A DNA stretch of 64,000 nucleotides from Candidatus Fraserbacteria bacterium. GTDB lineage: Bacteria; Bipolaricaulota; Bipolaricaulia; RBG-16-55-9; DRXL01. The notes under the pieces were generated by a model. That model made no database searches. It was not told the DNA's origin and was given only the letters and a program-made list of their open reading frames with translations. Positions 61,324 through 64,000 of the stretch are shown piece after piece (position 1 is the stretch's first letter; every line of letters starts with the position of its first letter). Where the stretch lies: NCBI GenBank assembly GCA_947085185.1, contig CAMTVK010000001.1:79243-143242 (forward strand). Direction: 5' to 3'. A program made the position numbers and the translations under genes.

Positions 61324-61884
61324 TTAAAAGACTTCGCTCAATGGGATGCGCAGCCCCACCAACAGCGGCGACTCTAAGACCTCGCTCTTGGTGTACAGCC
61401 CCGCCCGCTCATACCCACGCTCCCCAAGCGTCAGCACCTCGATGGTCTGGGCTTCGGGATCAACTATCCAATACTCATGCACGCCGTACTTGGCATAGAG
61501 CTTGCGCTTCACGGTCCGGTCGCGCTCGGCGGTGGAGGGCGAGAGCACCTCGACTATCAGATCGGGAGCCCCTTCCACGGCTTCCTTGCCGATGAGCCCC
61601 CTGCGGGATCGCAAGAGCAAGAGAAGGTCGGGTTGCACGACGACGTCTTGGGCGAGTACCACATCGCAGGGGGCGCTGAGCACCTCTCCCATCTGGTTGG
61701 ATTTGACAAACCCCCACACGCGATCTTCTATATTGCGCAGGACGATCTGGTGATAGGGCACAGGCGATGGGGCCATAACCAACTCTCCTTCGAGCACCTC
61801 GTAGCGCTCCCGCTCCCAGAGAGTCAAGCTCTTGTAATCTTCATAAGTGAACTTAATCTGGGCTTTCGCTGCCATAGGAGTCAC
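61324..61884 (-). CDS. Uma2 (DUF820) family endonuclease
   Basis: YEVLEGELVMAPSP..H, QPD, GAPDLIVEVLSPST, GVHEYWIVDP. Confidence 0.95.
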   Translation of the reverse strand: MTPMAAKAQIKFTYEDYKSLTLWERERYEVLEGELVMAPSPVPYHQIVLRNIEDRVWGFVKSNQMGEVLSAPCDVVLAQDVVVQPDLLLLLRSRRGLIGKEAVEGAPDLIVEVLSPSTAERDRTVKRKLYAKYGVHEYWIVDPEAQTIEVLTLGERGYERAGLYTKSEVLESPLLVGLRIPLSEVF

Positions 61885-61923
61885 CCTGCTATGCTACTCT
61901 ATCTCGCTTGATGGGTCAAGCAC

Positions 61924-61977
61924 TTGAATCACGGAGGACGCAGAAAGCGCCGTTCTTCCGTGCCTTCCGTGATGCAA
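61924..61977. repeat. palindromic CACGG/CCGTG element C
   Basis: TTGAATCACGG...GAAAGCGCCGTTCTTCCGTG...CCGTGATGCAA. Confidence 0.85.
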
Positions 61978-61993
61978 ACGCTCCCAAACCTTT

Positions 61994-62404
61994 CTATGCC
62001 CATACGACTGGAACTAGGCCACTCGCTTGGATCTCTTGATCTTTTGTGATGAGCTGAGCCCGACTGACTCGAGCTGCTGCCACGATGAGACGATCATGAA
62101 TTTCCGGAATCGCTTTGAGGTATGGCAACTCTTCCAAATGCTCGCGCGTGAGCGGAAGCATTTGAAAATTCTCCCCACGATCCATCTCTCCCAGCACATC
62201 GTGCAAGTTGAGAGCGATGCGTCCTTTCTCGCTCAAATAGACAAGTTCGGCCAACACAATAGCCGGTATGAAGCCCACAGCCTGGCCTCGATCAATGCGG
62301 TGCAATGCCGCGCGGGCTGCCCCACCTAAGCGCCCCAAAGCCCCAGCTAAATACCAAATGAGTGGATGCGTGTCCAATACAAAGCGCTCAGGGACGACGG
62401 TCAT
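61994..62404 (-). CDS. VapC-like PIN domain toxin
   Basis: VLDTHPLIWY, AEL, IHDRLIVAAA, LITKD. Confidence 0.9.
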   Translation of the reverse strand: MTVVPERFVLDTHPLIWYLAGALGRLGGAARAALHRIDRGQAVGFIPAIVLAELVYLSEKGRIALNLHDVLGEMDRGENFQMLPLTREHLEELPYLKAIPEIHDRLIVAAARVSRAQLITKDQEIQASGLVPVVWA

Positions 62405-62601
62405 CCTTTGAACTCCCTCTCCCACAGCCGCGTTGCTTCGTCTATTTCTGTCTCAGCGAGGGCGTTGAGCTGAGGGAACTTGCCTGCCAGGGAAACCACA
62501 GGCTTTTTGGCGCTTCGTCGAGCTTGAAGCTGGGCTTTGAGCCATGCGATGCGTTCCTCAAGGCGTGAAAGTTCTTCGATAAGCTTCTGCTTCGAGAGCA
62601 T
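62401..62601 (-). CDS. putative antitoxin of PIN toxin
   Basis: 66 aa, ATGA overlap with toxin start, own RBS and promoter; C-terminal SLAGKF..EIDEATRLW. Confidence 0.7.
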   Translation of the reverse strand: MLSKQKLIEELSRLEERIAWLKAQLQARRSAKKPVVSLAGKFPQLNALAETEIDEATRLWEREFKG

Positions 62602-62632
62602 ACACTACCCTCCCCAGGATTCCGGTTGCTCT

Positions 62633-62675
62633 TATCCTACCCTGCTCTGCTGCGCTGTGCAAGAGATTGAATCAC
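62633..62675 (-). repeat. duplicated promoter cassette copy 3
   Basis: 43 bp identical to copy 2 (TTGCAC-17-TAGGAT). Confidence 0.85.
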
Positions 62676-62763
62676 GGAGCACACGGAATCAGCCACGGGA
62701 AGCACAGAAAGCGCCGTTCTTCCGTGCCCTCCGTGGGACACTTCCGTGCCTTCCGTGGTTCAA
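62667..62763. repeat. palindromic CACGG/CCGTG element D (full length)
   Basis: TTGAATCACGG...4x CAC(G/A)G..loop..4x CCGTG...GTTCAA. Confidence 0.9.
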
Positions 62764-62770
62764 ACTCCCC

Positions 62771-62810
62771 CAAAAAACACACGCCCCCGCGGGATTGCTC
62801 CCACAGGGGC
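62771..62810. repeat. secondary hairpin repeat copy 1
   Basis: aaaaaacacacgcccccgcgggattgctcccacaggggcg; near-identical to 63354-63395. Confidence 0.7.
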
Positions 62811-62855
62811 GCCCAAGTCCGTCCTTAAGCCAAACACAAACTACTAAAGCCTCAG

Positions 62856-62966
62856 TTAAGGGTGCTTCCGCGATTCTTCCCGCCAACGCAGGAGGGCCAT
62901 CAAGCCCACTAACAGCGCTGCCGCTGCCACGACCCCCACGACCATGAACACCAAAGGCGCCATCAT
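62856..62966 (-). CDS. 36-aa single-TM peptide (module 1)
   Basis: MMAPLVFMVVGVVAAAALLVGLMALLRWREESRKHP*; GGGGGTG RBS; 3 nt after partner stop. Confidence 0.6.
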   Translation of the reverse strand: MMAPLVFMVVGVVAAAALLVGLMALLRWREESRKHP

Positions 62967-62969
62967 TCT

Positions 62970-63170
62970 TCACCCCCCGATAATGACAGCAAAAAAGCTC
63001 AGCAAATACAAGGCCACCCAAGCCCCAAAGCCCAGGAGGGCTAAAGTCCAATTGAATGGTTGACCGCTGATCAGCTGGCCGATAACTAACGCGCCGAAGG
63101 CGATGTTCCCGGCGTCCATTAGCTTATCCGCCATGCGGCTGGCAAATATCCGCCACGGTTTGCGCTCCAC
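62970..63170 (-). CDS. 66-aa 2-TM protein (module 1)
   Basis: RBS AGGAGG + GTG; DKLMDAGNIAFGALVIGQ paralogous to 63444-63662. Confidence 0.75.
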   Translation of the reverse strand: MERKPWRIFASRMADKLMDAGNIAFGALVIGQLISGQPFNWTLALLGFGAWVALYLLSFFAVIIGG

Positions 63171-63217
63171 GGGTCCTCCTCATCGCCCTCAGTATAGCAC
63201 ACGCGTAACAGCCAAGC

Positions 63218-63312
63218 TAGAATCACGGAGGACACGGAAAGGCCACGGAAATCACGGAAAGCGCCGTTCTTCCGTGTTCTCCGTGAACACTTCCGTGCCT
63301 TCCGTGATGCAA
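63218..63312. repeat. palindromic CACGG/CCGTG element E (full length)
   Basis: TAGAATCACGG...4x CACGG..GAAAGCGCCGTTCTT..4x CCGTG...ATGCAA. Confidence 0.9.
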
Positions 63313-63313
63313 A

Positions 63314-63395
63314 CCACCCTCTCCCTACTAGGGAGAGGGACGGGGTGAGGGTGAAAAAAACACAAGCGCCCCCGCGGGATTGCTCCTACGGGGGC
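63314..63395. repeat. CCCTCTCCC/GGGAGAGGG REP-like hairpin followed by secondary hairpin repeat copy 2
   Basis: ccctctccctactagggagaggg..gggtgaggg, then aaaaaaacacaagcgcccccgcgggattgctcctacgggggc. Confidence 0.7.
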
Positions 63396-63407
63396 TGACG
63401 AGGCGTA

Positions 63408-63436
63408 TTGACAATTCCCCAGGAGCACCTTATACT
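63408..63436 (+). promoter_or_regulatory. near-consensus sigma70 promoter (leaderless)
   Basis: TTGACA-17-TATACT, 7 nt before ATG 63444. Confidence 0.85.
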
Positions 63437-63443
63437 GCAAGGC

Positions 63444-63662
63444 ATGGGCAAGGAAGACAAACCTCAGTCAGAGCATGAAGCTGAGCGGGTTGTCATCGAG
63501 AAGCTCTTCGATGTGGCGAACATCGCGATTGGCGCATTAGTCTTTGGTCAGTTTCTTAACCCAGAAGGATTCCACTTGGGGGTCTCGGTCCTGGGATCAA
63601 TTATCTGGTTTTTGATCTATGTTTTCGGCTATTTACGGTTGAGGAAGATCACGAGGAGGTAA
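63444..63662 (+). CDS. 72-aa 2-TM protein (module 2)
   Basis: EKLFDVANIAIGALVFGQ paralogous to 62970-63170. Confidence 0.75.
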   Translation: MGKEDKPQSEHEAERVVIEKLFDVANIAIGALVFGQFLNPEGFHLGVSVLGSIIWFLIYVFGYLRLRKITRR

Positions 63663-63664
63663 GC

Positions 63665-63775
63665 ATGTTACCGCTGTACATCATTCTTCTGGTCATTGGG
63701 CTAACGGCCCTGGGCTTTACGTTGCTTCCCCTGGTTCGCGATTATCTGACGGAGCGGCGGACACCGCATCTATGA
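63665..63775 (+). CDS. 36-aa single-TM peptide (module 2)
   Basis: MLPLYIILLVIGLTALGFTLLPLVRDYLTERRTPHL*; RBS AGGAGG. Confidence 0.7.
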   Translation: MLPLYIILLVIGLTALGFTLLPLVRDYLTERRTPHL

Positions 63776-63849
63776 GAATCACGGAGCACACAGAAAGCGC
63801 CGTTCTTCCGTGCCCTCCGTGGGACACTTCCGTGCCTTCCGTGGTTCAA
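63776..63849. repeat. palindromic CACGG/CCGTG element F
   Basis: GAATCACGG...CCGTGGTTCAA begins immediately after peptide stop; right arm identical to element D. Confidence 0.9.
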
Positions 63850-63877
63850 ACTCCCCCAAAACACACAGGATTTGGGC

Positions 63878-63988
63878 TTATTTATGCCCGGTGCGCGCCC
63901 GCCGCCAGTCCTGGATGATCGTGGGCAGCGTGAACCCCAGTAAGACAGCTAAGGCTCCCAGGATCATCAAGTACAAGGGAAGCATCAT
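63878..63988 (-). CDS. 36-aa single-TM peptide (module 3; partner presumably beyond window)
   Basis: MMLPLYLMILGALAVLLGFTLPTIIQDWRRARTGHK*; RBS GAGGAGG; similar to module 2 peptide (MLPLY..LGFTL). Confidence 0.7.
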   Translation of the reverse strand: MMLPLYLMILGALAVLLGFTLPTIIQDWRRARTGHK

Positions 63989-64000
63989 TCGCCTCCTCTC

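Noticed and set aside
62537..63440. ORFs 62537-62947, 62689-63051, 63103-63348, 63252-63440 (also 60473-60661, 61257-61595)
   Set aside because: They read through the repeat elements or run antisense to better-supported genes; their shared peptide ([14 protein letters not shown]) merely reflects the DNA repeat

Overview
High-GC bacterial chromosomal window from an anaerobe. The gene content suggests a Candidatus Bipolaricaulota/Acetothermia-like organism, but this is inference only. Left end: rnpB, a deoxyhypusine-synthase-like gene and [NiFe]-hydrogenase maturation genes (hypF-C-[beta-barrel-like ORF]-D-E). About 8-43.5 kb is a co-oriented Wood-Ljungdahl supercluster: cooC-cooF-FAD oxidoreductase-acsB-acsC-acsV-cooC2-acsD-acsE-cooS-DUF3786, a tyrosine phenol-lyase-like gene, NuoE / NuoF-GltD fusion / Cys-type FdhA, folD, an SSS transporter, hdrCBA-mvhD-metV-metF-fhs, AMP-forming acs and an OFA transporter. 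Next come beta-oxidation genes, ADP-forming acetate-CoA ligase and housekeeping genes (udg, lepB, rpsB-tsf-pyrH, gatC, recG). The last ~3.6 kb is an accessory array of small self-promoted gene modules: two PIN-type TA pairs, Uma2, and repeated copies of an unrecognised 2-TM protein + 36-aa peptide pair, separated by a family of palindromic CACGG/CCGTG elements. Other non-obvious signals: a tandem TGA-N6-TCA operator at a fixed position in four WL promoters, many apparently leaderless genes, an RNase P RNA lacking P18, and a hicBA remnant with internal deletions in both genes.
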